Source: Macrostomum hystrix
Taxonomy: Eukaryota > Animalia > Platyhelminthes
Assembly (NCBI GenBank): GCA_950097015.1
Contig: CATNEN010000007.1
Location: 3,224,001 to 3,288,000 of the forward strand
Reading direction: 5' to 3'
DNA: 64,000 nt
The translations under genes and the position numbers were made by a program. The notes beneath the pieces are model-generated. The model worked only from the letters and a program-made list of their open reading frames with translations. It did no database searches and was not told the origin of the DNA. Shown here in pieces: positions 1-14,361 of this stretch. Numbering within the stretch: position 1 is the stretch's first letter; every line of letters starts with the position of its first letter.

Positions 1-300
1 GAGGGGGGCAGGTCTCCGGGGACGCCGGCTCGCCTGAGTGACGAGTTCTGCTCGCGTTTCTCCGCGCACTCCGCGCATTAGATATGCTGATATGTCCGAG
101 AGAGAAAATCGGCTAAGAAAAATTTCTGACCGACGACCGACTCCTTGGCAAACAGCGCTGCGGGGGGAACTTTATCTAGTAGGGACGAGGAAAGAGGATG
201 ACAGCGGGAGTGAGTGAGAGATCGAATTGGCATCAGATAGACTGGAAAATCGTGCCACATGCCATCCATTTCCTGTTCGCTGCCCTGTTGCATTCCGCAG

Positions 301-3300
301 GCACCTACGCCGGCTGCTGGTTCCACGGCACTCGACACGGTCTCGGTGTTCGCCAGTCCGTTCCATTCGGCCTGGCAGCTCCATACCGCGACGATGCTGC
401 CGAATCCTCGCCCGCTGCAGTCGCTTCCGCCGCGTCTGCTCGTAGACAGCGCGACGAATCGCTGACTTCGCTTCGTTCAGCTCACCCAGACGAAGCCGCA
501 GAGGGAGCTGAGCCTCAGGATCGCCCAAGACGTCGACAACCTGGTGACGAGTATCGGGCAGGATTCGTTCTCAGTAGCCGGTATTCGACCGCAGCCGCAG
601 CCGCTAGCGAAGCGCCTGGCGGAGCAGCAGCGTCCGGACCCGAAAATGACCCAAGCTCGCCTGGCTATCGGCACCGGCGTCTGCGACCACCCAGCGGAGG
701 CACTTCGCTGGGTCGTGCTCTACTTGGCAGGCTGCGGAAGCAGAGGTCTGCCGGTGAAATTGAGCAACAGTATCAGAAAAAGCAGCAGCAGCAGCAGCAA
801 TCCCCTTCGCCGAGTCCACAGCAGCAGCCTGACCTGCAGCAGCAGAGACGTCGTCGCTTTCTGGGTCACCGATCGAGCTCCGTGCGTTCCGCTGCTAGCG
901 ACCGAACTTCACCAGCGTCAGCAGCTTCGGTCTCGACTGATCTTCTCGACGATGCAGACCGACGCGCTGCAACAGAAGAGGAGCTGGATGACGAGGATGA
1001 GCTTCTAGACCCTTCGGTGACGGAGGTGTACTGCGGCGAGTGGAAGCAGGACCGAAGGTGTGGCCTTGGCGTGGCCGAACGAAGCGATGGACTGAAATAC
1101 GAAGGCGAATGGGAGGGCAACCGGCGGCACGGCTATGGCGCGACAACCTTTCCTGATGGGAGCTGCGAGGCTGGAAAGTACAGGGCGAATGCTCTGACAG
1201 TGTCCACGGCCAGGCGAGGCCGGCTGTTTCTGCTGAAGAGCTCGCGACTGCGCGAAAGAGTTGACACGGCGGTCAGGGAGGCGCGAGCAACGATGAGCGA
1301 GGCCTTGAAACGAGCAGAAAACGCTCAGGCCAGGTAATGAGTGTTCAATTTCGTGAGCCTCGAGCTTTCCTGGGTATGGGACCGCCACACAGAAGCTTAT
1401 AAAAGTACAATTAGCTAGGAAATTAATAGGGTTGGGGACAGAGAGCAGCAGCTCCTATTGATAGTTGCGTTTTCGGGAATCTTTTCCTTGAACCGTTTTT
1501 TAGTAAACACAATCAAGGTCCTTGGGTGAGCACAATAAGGTTTTTTGTAGTTCTCGCTTGAGCAGTGCTGGCTCGCGAGATCGAGGGAATAAAAATATTG
1601 GAAACAGAGGCGAGGCCTCTGCCAAACAAGAATGAGAATGAAAGTGAGCATTATTTAAGCCAAGCCTACTGAACAGAGCCAATCGATAAACTGCTAACAA
1701 TATTCGCTAGACTGAGCGAGCAAGGTCATCAATACCGGTCCTCCACCCGCTAGACTGAACTATAGAACAGCCATTGCAATCAGCATATTGGTGCAGCTAT
1801 GATAGCATATAAGCTATAGGTATCGCATTGGACCGCACACAATAATCTGCGAACTAGAATTGCGGTTAAGAGTAGGAGAGGAAAGCAAAGAGGATTGGGG
1901 ATTATTGAAAATTCGAATGGGCATTTTAGCGATTCTCGGCACGGCCTTATTGCGTGAGCGCATTTTCACAGTCCTATTTTAGTGATATAGGAATAGCCTC
2001 TAAATATGATTTTGGAGAGAGGGGTGGGGAAAACAAGATTTCCTTGAATATCGTATTCAGTGCCTGATGAATGGACCCCGTGCCCAAGCTGCTCTGGCAG
2101 CTGAGGGAATCAATATTGCCTGGCCTACCCCTCGACTGCCCGCCCCGACTCTCTCTCGACTCGTCCTATATCCCTTTTGAGACAGAGTTTTCCCAACGCG
2201 CGCGAGAGAGAATGAATATGAAGGCCCTGCAAGTCGAGCAATGAAGCAAATAATCAAAGCGCAGAAATGCCAGCGCCCGAAAGATGGAGGATGTCGAGAA
2301 TGCGAAAGACTGAGGGGGAGAGGTCTTGCTCTAGGGCTTTTCGCGAAATAGGGGAACTGTAGAACAGGCTACCTAATGAGCTGCTTTCTCTTCTCTCCCT
2401 CTCGCTCACTCGCTCACTCACTTTGCCACCCCAGAGCATTAAGTTAAATCCAATTGCATCAAGTGCATCTTAGGCTCGCAACGCCCACGCGAGTGGGTTT
2501 CTTTCACTGTAGTGTGCTCCCAGTTTATTTGGCTTATTTCCTCTCTTTATTTTTCTGCCTTCCTCGTTTTTTTGATTGTTCGAGTGTTTTCTGACTTCTC
2601 TTTTGATTCATCAAAACAAATTGCAGGCAACAAATCAGTAGGCAAAAGGCTGAATTAGCTGACGCAGCGGCCCACAAGGCCAGACTGGACAGCGACTTGG
2701 CACGCAAGGTGGCCCGGGACTATGCGCCGGATTTTGACCAGCCGGGTAAGGACTCGCTGTTTACACTTAAATTGTACACTGATATGCACACTTATATTTA
2801 CACTAACATGTACACCGATATGTACACTGCTATTTACACTTGTACTGATATGTACACTTATAAAACAGGCATAGACTTCTAAATACAGAAAACGGAGAGA
2901 CAACTTCCGCCAAACCCTCCGTAAAGATTAAGAAAGCCTTATAAAGCTTAAGAAAGAAAACAAAATCGTTTTTTTTCAAGACACGAGTTTAAAAAGTTGT
3001 AAAGCAAAAAAGTTCTTGATTTTCGCTCCATTGATTTTTTGTTCTCTACAATCATATGAATAAATTCTCTACATTTCATCTGAAGCTTGCACGTCTACCT
3101 GTTATAGCTAGTGAGCTGTGCTTAAATAAAGTTATCTATTTAGTTATTCAAGGGCACCCCAGGCTTGACTGTGCACAGAATGTACACATAGAATGTACAC
3201 ATAGAATGTACATGCAAGGCAAGCCTGAGCGAGAGTGGCTTTAGGGATAGACCGAAATGTAAAAAGCACTATCTACACAACCCTCTAGTAGACGTATCTT

Positions 3301-6300
3301 GATCCACTACGATGACTCATCAATAAACGCTCATTGGCCGATTTGGATGAATGTCTGTAAGTGTAAGAAGGTGAACTCAATAATCAATGGCTAATGTACA
3401 CAGATTGCTAAGGCAGTGTGTAGTGACCTCAATTCGCGAAACTTCTGTACCATGTTCAATTGACCTTCGAGAACATTCTATACAGTACGAAAACATTGAT
3501 TTCTAGAAAATTCTTCGATATAGTACAAATTAAACTTCGCCATTTTTCTCAGAATATTCCTTTAGTACAATAATTGCATAATTCACCATAAATTATTGTA
3601 TATCTAACACAAACTCCTCATGCGCTTGCATCTAATAATAAATAGCCTAATTAAATTTGTTTTACCGTACAGTATATTTCTAGAAACTTCCGGAAACGCT
3701 AAAATACACTATAAATATACTGCACCCGATCCAGCAATAATCAAATCCTTTTTGATCTCATACGAGACTCAACAAACAATACAAAAAAACCACCGCCTAG
3801 CTCTTAATTACTCGCGAACTCGCGACCACAAAACCGCTTCAAGTGCAAGGCTTTCTAGTTTTACTCACCCTTCAAAGTTTTATACTCTAATAAATGAAAA
3901 GAACAAACACGCAGGCCCGGAATTCCTGAAGCGACGCACAGAAAACGACGTGTTGAGCAGTCTGTCCCTGACAACATCGCGATCCCGACCAGCCGGGACT
4001 GCCGCTTCAGCCAACAGATCGCTGACAAGGCAGCGCCACATCGAGGATTCGTCGCCAGCTAGACCCGGACCAACGTCTAATGCGCCCAACGCCTGTCTGC
4101 AGGTGTCAGATGCCGTACTTCAGGTGAGGATGCTATGTGTCAAAGAGGAAGTTGAATTCCGAATAATTCATCAATGAATGGGCATTGTGTTAGATTGCTA
4201 AGGTGTCGCGATGGTACAAAAACGATAGCACGTCTGGCAAAAACGTGCCTCGTCATCTAATTAGTAGGAGTCGATTGTTGGACTGACCTAAGCTGCGCCT
4301 GCAAGTCATGGCACTAAGCGCGCCATGCACCGTAACGCCACTTAAAAGTGCGCCGGTCTCTGTCAATGCAAAAATCGAATATAAAAACAAGGGACAACGG
4401 AAGAATTGGCATTTTTATTCCAGCCATAAAGGTTTGAGTTTGAGGCTCAAATGCGACGTAAACAGGAAGTGGTTGCAGAAAAAATCTTTTTTTATCCCTA
4501 AGGGTCTTGCGATGCTGACTCGCCGACAAAATAACGATTCACCAAAATCTAACCTCAAAAAGTCCCAACTCTCTAAACTCCCAACACTCTAAAATCCCAA
4601 CTCGCTAAACTCCCAACTCGCAAAAATCCAACCTCGCTAAAATCCCAACTCGCTAAACTCCCAACTCGCTAAAATCCCAACACTCTAAAATCCCAACTCG
4701 CTAAACTCCCAACTCGCAAAAATCCAAACTCGCTAAAACCCCAAATCGCTAAACTCCCAACACTCTAAAATCACAACTCGCTAAACTCCCAATGCGCTAA
4801 AATCCCAACACTCTAAAATCCCAACTCGCTAAACTCCCAACTCGCAAAAATCCAACCTCGCTAAAACCCCAACTCGCTAAAACCCCAAATCGCTAAACTC
4901 CCAACACTCTAAAATCACAACTCGCTAAACTCCCAATGCGCTAAAATCCCAACACTCTAAAATCCCAACTCGCTAAACTCCCAACTCGCAAAAATCCAAC
5001 CTCGCTAAAACCCCAACTCGCTAAAATCCTAACTCGCTAAAATCCCAACACTCTAAAATCCCAACTCGCTAAAACCCCAAATCGCTAAAATCCCAACTCG
5101 CTAAAATCCCAACACTCTAAACTCCCATGTCGCTAAACTCCCAACTCGCTAAAATCCCAACACTCTAAACTCCCAACTCGCTAAACTCCCAACTCGCTAA
5201 AATCCAAACTCGTTAAAACCCCAAATCGCTAAACTCCCAACACTCTAAAATCCCAACTCGCTAAACTCCCAACTCGCTAAAATCCCAACACTCTAAAATC
5301 CCAACTCGCTAAACTCCCAACTCGCTAAAATCCCAACACTCTAAAATCCCAACACTCTAAAATCCCAACTCGCTAAAATCCAAACTCGTTAAAATCCCAA
5401 CACTCTAAACTCCCAACTCGCTAAACTCCCAACTCGCTAAACTCCCAACTCGCTAAAATCACAACACTCTAAAATCCCAACTCGCTAAACTCCCAACACT
5501 CTAAAATCCCAACTCGCAAAACTCCCAACTCGCTAAAATCCCAACACTCTAAACTCCCAACTCGCTAAAATCCCAACACTCTAAACTCCCAACTCGCTAA
5601 AATCCCACATCGCTAAAATCCCAACTCGCTAAAATCCAAACTCGCTAAAACCCCACATCGCTAAAATCCCACATCGCTAAAATCCCACCTCGCTAAAACC
5701 CCAAATCGCTAAAATCCCACATCGCTAAAATCCCACATCGCTAAAATCCCAACTCGCTAAAATCCCAACACTCTAAAATCCCAACTCGCTAAAATCCAAA
5801 CTCGCTTAAATCCAAACTCGCTGAAACCCCAAATCGCTAAAATCCCACCTCGCTAAAACTCCTAATCGCTAAAATCCCAACTCGCTAAAACCCCCAAATC
5901 GCTAAAATCCCAACTCGCTGAAATCCCACCTCGCTAAAATCCCAAATCGCTAAAACCCCAAATCGCTAAAATCCCAACTCGCTAAAATCCCAAATCGCTA
6001 AAACCCCAAATCGCTAAAATCCCAACTTGCTAAAACCCCAAATCGCTAAACTCCCAACACTCTAAAATCCCAACTCGCTAAACTCCCAACACTCTAAAAT
6101 CCCAACTCGCTAAACTCCCAACTCGCTAAAATCCCAACACTCTAAACTCCCAACTCGCTAAAATCCCAACACTCTAAACTCCCAACTCGCTAAAATCCCA
6201 CATCGCTAAAATCCCAACTCGCTAAAATCCAAACTCGCTAAAACCCCACATCGCTAAAATCCCACATCGCTAAAATCCCACCTCGCTAAAACCCCAAATC

Positions 6301-9300
6301 GCTAAAATCCCACATCGCTAAAATCCCACATCGCTAAAATCCCAACTCGCTAAAATCCCAACACTCTAAAATCCCAACTCGCTAAAATCCAAACTCGCTA
6401 AAATCCAAACTCGCTGAAACCCCAAATCGCTAAAATCCCACCTCGCTAAAACTCCTAATCGCTAAAATCCCAACTCGCTAAAATCCCAACTCGCTTAAAT
6501 CCCACCTCGCTAAAATCCCAAATCGCTAAAACCCCAAATCGCTAAAATCCCAACTCGCTAAAACCCCAAATCGCTAAAATCCCAACTCGCTAAAATCCCA
6601 AATCGCTAAAATCCCAACTCGCTAAAACCCCAAATCGCTAAAATCCCAAATCGCTAAAATCCAACCTCGCTAAAATCCCAAATCGCTAAAATCCCAACTC
6701 GCTAAAACCCTAAATCGCTAAAATCCCAAATCGCTAAAATCCAACCTCGCTAAAATACGAATCTAACTAATAAAATTATTAGATTAAAAAACAATTGTCC
6801 TATAGATTGTGCGCAAGTCAACTACAAGACAGCGCTTATTGGAACAGGTGAGCTAACAGGTCTAGGATAATTTCCTAGGCAATGAATTCAGTTTGTTGTT
6901 ATACGAGTACCAGAACCGCTGCGCTTTTATTGTTGTTGACGGAGAGTTTGAGCTGAGTCAATGCCGCTGAATGACATTGTGGACTGCGGAGTAGCATTTT
7001 TGATCCCTCGATTCGTCAATGTATCAAATCAAAAAGCTTAGCTGAGCTAGCGTGCTCAGCAGCAGGAGCAGCAGCCGAACCTTTGCATGCACTTTTTCAA
7101 ATCGATTTCAGATGATCTTATTTGAAATGAAACCGCATTTTGTTAACCAAGGCAGCGAGATTAAACAATCGAAGCCCAAAATTATAAAGGCCTTTACGAA
7201 GTATTTTTCGCAGCATGGTCAAGGGCCATAAATCACAATGCTTAAAATCCCATATTTTGCCGATTTATCGAAGTTTTCACATAGTTAAATTACCATCACC
7301 TTCTCACAACTGTTCCACGTCTCACCGCAGGTCGGCGGCAGTCGGCGCGGTAGTTTTCGACTGTCACCGGCTGTTGTTCGCAGCAACAACATCAGCGGCA
7401 ACGGCGGCAGCGGATCCAAGGACAGCGGTCTGACAGCCGCAGCAGCCGCTTCAACATCATCTGGGCAAGCGGCTTCATCGTCTACAACTCCGAGCTACAG
7501 AGATCGGGTGGAGCCTCTAGCCCGGGTTCTGGACACGGCTCCCGCCATCGATCACTTCGATCAGTACCGGTTGGCACCAGCCGTACTCGGCTCATAGTTG
7601 CAGCAGATTTATATGTGTATTTACATGCTAGCTTACCCCAGTGCCCCGATGACTTCCCCTATATTATCCGTTTTCTCTATTTTCTGGTTTTCCTGTTTCT
7701 CGGCCCGCTGCTGAGTCTCCCCGGTGCCCGGTTTCCCCGGTGCCCGGTTTCCCCGGTGCCCGGTTTCCCCGGTGCCCGGTTTCCCCGGTGCCCGGTTTCC
7801 CCGGTGCCCGGTTTCCCCGGTGCCCGGTTTCCCCGGTGCCCGGTTTCCCCGGTGCCCGGTTTCCCCGGTGCCCGGTTTCCCCGGTGCCCGGTTTCCCCGG
7901 TGCCCGGTTTCCCCGGTGCCCGGTTTCAGACCCTGTTGCCCCTGATGCGGAAGTAGTTAAAGCCTTTCGAATGCCTTGCAAGTTTCGATCTTTGAAAACC
8001 ACAGAGCCGCTCCCAGTGTCTACCGCAGAAAGCGGGATAGCGGTCTGGGCCGTGACTCCTCCTTCGAGGACTCGCCCAGCAACAGCGGCTTTGTTGCCTC
8101 AGACCGAGCCTCAGCAGCGGCTAGCGGCGCGCTGGCGTCCGTCTCTGCCTCCGGTTCCGCTTCTGCAGCTGCAGCCGCGACCAGCTCTCTGGCAGTCGCT
8201 ACCGTCGCCAATGGCAATCATCGCGGCGACTCGGACAGCGGACTTAGCGAATTAAGTGGCGGCTCCATGGGCAGGTGTCGCAGGCGCACCCTACCGTCTT
8301 TATTGGACTCCACACCGCCGAGTCCGCCGACGCTGATTGGTCCAAATGAGCTGGACACCGAGAGGCGCGGGTGAGAAATTGCGTGGGTGGGTTTTCTCGG
8401 AGTGAGTTTGGTGCTTGTGGAGTGAGGCGGGTGCTTGCGGAGGGAGGTGGGTGGTTTATGATAATAAAAATATTCGCTGGCCCTAGCCTGTGGGCCCTAG
8501 CGAATTTCGTGACTGTAGACCCGCAGCCAGCGAGGAGGCAATTCTGCCCATTCTGGTGACACCTTAAAAAAATTATAGAATTTGACCATATTTAATGAGG
8601 TTCGGCTTCTGATATTTATCGATCCGTTTTAAAAACGGAAGAATTTTCTGTGCGTTGAAGGAACATTCTGTGCCCAATAACCCAGAAAAACTTCTAGCAG
8701 AGTTTTAAAATTCAGTCGATTCGATTTCGTCGTTAGCACTTTAATTTCGCATCTTGCTGGCCTGAATCTGATAATTCGATATTTAACCATTTTCAACTGA
8801 AGCTGGGAATCGTAGGTAATTGCATCGAGGCAAGGAATGCTAATATTTTCTCAGTTGGGTCCAATCCATTTCCGTCTCACACCTCACTGCGCAGCCACCT
8901 CACTGCATCCTCCTAGCAATTTCGAATGCCTAATGAGATAAGGCATGTTAATATTTCATGGCTCATGGATGGACCGAGAGTGCATGTTAGTGTCTCTGAG
9001 TTAGTCTATGCTAGTCCTTTCAGTACTTCTCTGCGACTGGTGCAGCAATGGAACTGTAATGCACGTTATGCTGATTTTATTACACTGTCCATGGACATTT
9101 ATCATTAAGCTATTTTTCCTGATGTTTTTGCTAAAATGTGCCTAAAAATAACGATTGCTTTCTGTGCAGTGCTTCAAAGTAACTGAGGTGGGTGTTAACA
9201 GGAGTGCCATCTCAACTGGGACTCAAAGATCCCATCTCAACCGACACTCCCAGATCCCATCTCATCTGGGACTCACAGATCCCATCTCATCTGGGACTCT

Positions 9301-9796
9301 TTGCGACCTGATGCACAGGGAACGTCATAACCAGAGGCTCGCGCCAATCACGCTATACTAAATCTCTAAGGTTTGTTTGGTTTGACCTTAAATACTCACA
9401 ATAAAAGTACACTTGCACTTAACCGCCCCATTAAACCCGAAACAGAGTTGGCCAGGCTTTCAATGGGTCAAACGGACAGTCGGCCAGCTACATAGTTGAG
9501 AACGGTGTTCGCAAACGCGTGCTGCACTCCCGTCTGTGCTCAGCGGCCATCTCATCGCCTCACAGATATTGTCAGCAGCTGTCGCTGCCGCAGCAGCGTC
9601 ATCATCAGCAACAGCAGCAGCAGCAGCAGCTGTGCCGCATCGAGTCGCAGGCCCGCTTATGCAAGGATCTGGGCGAGGGCAGTCTGCCTGACGTCAGCGT
9701 CTGTCGATACATCATGCGGAGAGGCCTCATGCCCAGGGAAGAGGTCGCCCAACTGGGCAGGCAGCGCCGGCTGGAGCTGCTCAGGATGGAGGAGCA

Positions 9797-9861
<65 letters not shown>

Positions 9862-11925
9862 GGCTTAGAAGAGAGGTTGCAGCCGCCGCTGCAGAGCCTA
9901 CAGATGTGCGCGTAGGTTTTCTAGAGGATGGGCATTGGTAGAGGTACAGGGAAGCGGATGCAGTGAATAGGCAGGATAGGGAAGGATAGGGAAGGATAGG
10001 GAAGGATAGGGAAGGATAGGAAAGGATAGTAAAGGACAGGGAATGATGAGGAATGATAGGGAAGGATAGGGATGGATATAGGGAAGGATAGGAATAGATA
10101 GGGAAAGATTGGGAAAGATTGGGAGAGGATAGGGAACGGTTGGAGAGAATACGGAAGGTGACGAATGGGATTGGGAACGGTGATGATGGATGGGAAGTGA
10201 TGATAGGATAGGAAGATATTAAAGGAGGTCGCGAACCCGCCCCCAGGAGTGCAAGCGGCTGCCCGTGGAGGACCCGTTGCACAGCTTCGTCTCTCGCTGC
10301 GGCCTGCGGCGCCGGCTCCTCTGCAGCCGCTGCGCATCTCTGGAGCCGCCGTTGAACTCACGCGAGCCGCCGACCGCCTCCGAGCACTGGCGCCGGCTGC
10401 TGCTGCTGTCGCTGGAGGAGCCGCAGGCGGCGACTAACACCGGCGGCGGCAAACCGGCTGGCGGCTCATCCTCCGCGCTGACCGCTGCGGCCAGGCTGTC
10501 TGCCGCTGCCGCTTCACACGCCTTTTGGCGAGTGGCCCAGTGGATCTGGCTGAATGCCGGGGTGAGTTCGGCGTGCCCAGGTTTGGGATGTCCGGTCAGT
10601 TTTGGGGTGTCCGGTCAGTTTTGGGGTGTCCGGTCAGTTTTTGGGGTGTCCGATCAGTTTTGGGGTGTCCGGTCAGTTTTTGGGGTGTCCGGTCAGTTTT
10701 GGGGGTGTCCGGTCAGTTTTTGGGGTGTCCGGTCAGTTTTTGGGGTGTCCGGTCAGTCCGGTCAGTTTTGGGGTGTCCGGTCAGTTTTGTTTGTCATGTC
10801 TGTGGATTTGTCCAGCCTGTTGCGTGTTCCGGTCAACGCGTTTGCTATTTTTAGTGATTGAAATTCAAACTCAATTAAGAATCCTTAGCAAGCATTATAG
10901 TGAACTTAATATTATGGCTTCTCATACGGAGTTTTCTTTGGACATGCCAGCGAAATGAGCAAAGAGCTGATTTCGAAGACTTACACCTAATGCATGCAGT
11001 GTTTGTTTCTGTGCGCTAATGAGGCAAAGTCGGGATAAGCTGCTGCTGCCGTCCCTCTCCTGTCCATTCCCATATTCCCTCGAATATTGAGTTTTTTTTT
11101 CGGAGAGACGCTCTGACTCTCAGCCCACCGCGTGCGTGCTTCTTTTTTGGAGTAAATAGAAGAGAAATAACATTGCTGACCGGCTTCCGACTCTGCTGCA
11201 GGCCCCTGAAACCTGCTTCTTTTCCTCTTGCTTTTTTTTCTAGAATTCTTCTGGCTTCAAGCGCTGTCTGACTGGATGACATGAAATCAGCACGCACTAT
11301 GCTGTACATCATGCATGTGCGTGTCCTTGCCGTATGCTGCATTGAGTTGGCTTGCTTCAGAATTTTTATGCTGCTATCTCAGTTTCAGTTTTGTTTCTGA
11401 CTGTCAGGCAACATTTTTAACTTAAAATTAGTTAACGCGTTTGCCTCTCGCACCAAGGTCCCTGAGCTCGATTCCAAGGCGAGGCCGCATTAAATTGGGG
11501 CGCAGCCGCGGAGAGAAGGCTTAAGGGCTGATGGTGCAATTTACGCCTTTGGGGGCCAACCTCCAAGGCACAGTAAGAGTGCACACTGCCTGACGATGAG
11601 AAAGTCAGGGCAGATGTACACCCGTGAGCATGCTTACAGTATGCGTATGTGCTCAGGAGTCAGTGGAATGGGTAGAACTGCCTTCTAGCTGGCTGCAGGT
11701 CTACTGTCACCAAATGATATGCCGCCAGCCCTCCTGCAAATAATCAGTATTATTACTTCCCGGCCCGAATGTATGTTCATGGAGTTTAATGGATAACCCT
11801 ATTCCTCTTCCCATTCGAAGGAGCTGCTTCAGGAGCACTTCCTGCTGCTGTTTGTGCTCATTGTTAACACCGGCCTAGCTCTGCTGGTGTTTCACCTGCT
11901 CACCAGCAATGCGAAACTTCCCTAG
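301..11925 (+). CDS. JPH: Junctophilin, 3' part (5' MORN exons lie upstream of the window)
   Basis: MORN repeats (GTYAGCWFHGTRHGLGVRQS; YCGEWKQDRRCGLG; YEGEWEGNRRHGYG), helical region ARKVARDYAPDFDQPG/GPEFLKRR, and C-terminal TM anchor LLLFVLIVNTGLALLVFHLLT before a TAG stop. Phase-consistent GT-AG exons: 301-1333, 2627-2745, 3915-4123, 7331-7569, 8005 or 8029-8370, 9446-9911, 10247-10561, 11821-11925. The middle low-complexity exons are less certain. Confidence 0.9.
4556..6756. repeat. 16-bp minisatellite (CTCGCTAAAATCCCAA and variants) in a junctophilin intron
   Basis: About 2.2 kb of directly visible tandem units, with higher-order duplications. Confidence 0.97.
7719..7927. repeat. 16-bp tandem repeat (CCCCGGTGCCCGGTTT), about 13 copies, intronic
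   Basis: Nearly perfect tandem array; it produces the spurious PGFPGARFPRCPVSPV ORFs. Confidence 0.97.
9970..10215. repeat. Purine-rich 10-bp repeat (GGAAGGATAG), degenerating 3', intronic
   Basis: Visible tandem units between junctophilin exons. Confidence 0.9.
10585..10790. repeat. 19-20-bp tandem repeat (GGGGTGTCCGGTCAGTTTT), intronic
   Basis: Visible array just after the donor at 10562. Confidence 0.93.
11432..11630 (+). mobile_element. tRNA-derived SINE, family A, copy 1
   Basis: B-box-like GAGCTCGATTCC; body GGTGCAATTTACGCC...CTGCCTGACGATGAGAAAGTCAGGGCAGATGTACAC is shared with copies at about 25915-26120 and 57005-57145. Confidence 0.75.
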
Positions 11926-14361
11926 CTTTCGTGCTCCGGGAGGGTGACTCGCCACTCACCACTTCTGGAGGAGCTTCTGAATTGGGCTGAAACAGATCAT
12001 GTCATGCCAGATTGGTTATCGTTTTTGTTGTTTGCTTTTTACCCGCGAAGTTCAAAGTGATTTGATTGGATCTTCTGTGCTGGTCATTGTCTGGTAAGCC
12101 ATTTCTCACATAATATGCAACTCAAACAAAAGTGCAATATCATCATGTTGCCGCTTGCCTGAGCCATGCGTGCTTCTGACATAGTCTTCGCAGAACTGCT
12201 GCATGTAACAAATGCTCTGTCTTGACAGATTTCCAAACTATTTTGTTGAGAAAATATTTTTTGTTGATTTTGTTCGAGGTGATGCCTGCTGCTAATTATG
12301 AATTTCTTGTAAGAAATGTGCACACTTTCACCATTGACAGTGTAGTTCTATCAGTACTATCAGTACTGAACTGTACTATCAGTATAGTTCATACGCCACA
12401 TTTATTTTCTTGTGTAGCATCATTGTTTATTTATTTGAGTTTAACAATTGTAGCAGCAAGCCAGCTATTAAATTATGGAACATAATACATGAGTACGTTA
12501 CAGCTTTTTGCTGATTATTTTGCTATCTCTAAACTCAATCAGCGTTCAAATACACAGTCGATCATCGTTTAAATTTATCTACTTGATGTCAATTGCACTT
12601 ATTTGCTCTATTGCAGTCGATTCTATTCTATTATATTCTAAAAAATGTATAACACAGCATGTAGCAGCACAACAAGAAATGGGCTGGATGTTGCATACAA
12701 AGTACACGTATACAAATTATGAAAGCCTCCATCCCTATCTCTCGCCCTTGGGATTCTATATACATTTTACAAAGGGCATTCAGTAAGCCAAGGGGACATG
12801 GTTGGTGAGATTACGTAATATAACTCATTGCCTTCCTAAACATCGAAAATGAAACCATGCATTTTAATGGCTAGTTATGCAGAAGCCGTTAATCGATCAG
12901 TATCTTGCAAATACGATTTTACAAGCCAAGTCGCAAGCTTAACTGTGATGTGTGAAAGGACGAAAGTAAAAAAATGAATGTCCCATGAAACTAGGTACGC
13001 TCGTATGATTATATAAAAAGTTCATATTGGTTAGGAAGACTAAAAGATAAACTTTTTCGGCAGCAAAAGATAGGCTTATCTAATACAACAAGTCATTTTT
13101 AACGGAAAAAGGTTCATTGTAAAAAGAGGACTAAATCGAATGAAACTATCTAAGGAGCCATACAACAATATTTCATCTTAGACTGATCATGAGCTTCTGA
13201 TTAGAATTCTTAGACCACTACGTGATCATAATTTAACTAATTTACAGAAATGGAAGCGATCTATATGATCCGAAGGGAACTTTTTATAAATTGTTTTTTC
13301 GCGGCTTTAAAAAAATCTTATTAAAACGAATCAGTGCACAATTTATGCTATTAAGATGGGATCGGTATTCATCCCGATTCCCAAAATGTTACATCAAGTA
13401 AAATAGTGATATTGAGTTTGTTTCTGTAGCTTCGAGTTACAATTTCTCAAATGGCCGAATTCTTTTTCTTAATTGAAGCTATTTTTCCCGAAGCAAATGT
13501 TTATCTAATGTCTAATTCAGAGGATTATGATAAGCTGCGACGCTGAGTATAGAATTGAATGTATGTACCTACTGTAGCATGACAAAACAAGTTACGACCC
13601 TAAGTCTACCGCATTACTAAATTTACTTTTCAATCTTAATATTGATGTCTATACAAAAAAGAAAATAGCATTTTTGTCATATTATCTGCTTTTTACTAAT
13701 TCTAGGACTAGGTATTCAGCAACACAAAATATAATATTATTATAAGCAATTCTAAATAGGCCTAGGTTCAATTTGTAAGCATAGAAAGGCCAATAAGCTG
13801 TGCTGCAAAATTTGCAAGGTAGGCCCTATGGCATTGGCCATGTGAAATGTGTCTAGTACTACAATATGTAATACTTACTTATTAAATTGTTATCAATTAC
13901 GTTTTGTAATAGGCCCTACTTTGGCTATAAATGCAATAGGCTATATATTAACTGTTGAATTATTGATAGTTCGAAATTAACATCAAAGTTTTAAAGTTTA
14001 AATCAAAAAAACATATTTTAATGGTACTGTGGTAGTTTTCAAATCAAAATTTATATTTAAATTCGAATTTTTAATAAGTTTTTTATTTAAGCAAGGGCAG
14101 AGCACATTTTCTAGTAACACCTTTGGCGTACCACCAAGCTGAAGTTGAATTGGTGTACCACTTTTAGCGTACCATTGGCACCACCAGGCAAAAAATCGTT
14201 GCCAGAGTAAAAACTTTTTGTAATTTTGTGTAAATTACGACATACAAGATACGACTACATCACACGACAATGTATTTTACGTAAAAAATTGCATATATTT
14301 TTTCCTGCATTGTATAACTTGATTAATCATTTTATAAATATATTAATAAAATAATTTAGCC

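Noticed and set aside
11590-11615. CTGACGA-TGA-GAAA-GTC in SINE family A resembling a hammerhead ribozyme core
   Set aside because: There is no room for stems II and III, CTGAC simply pairs with GTCAG, and copy 2 has CTGACCA, which breaks the core.
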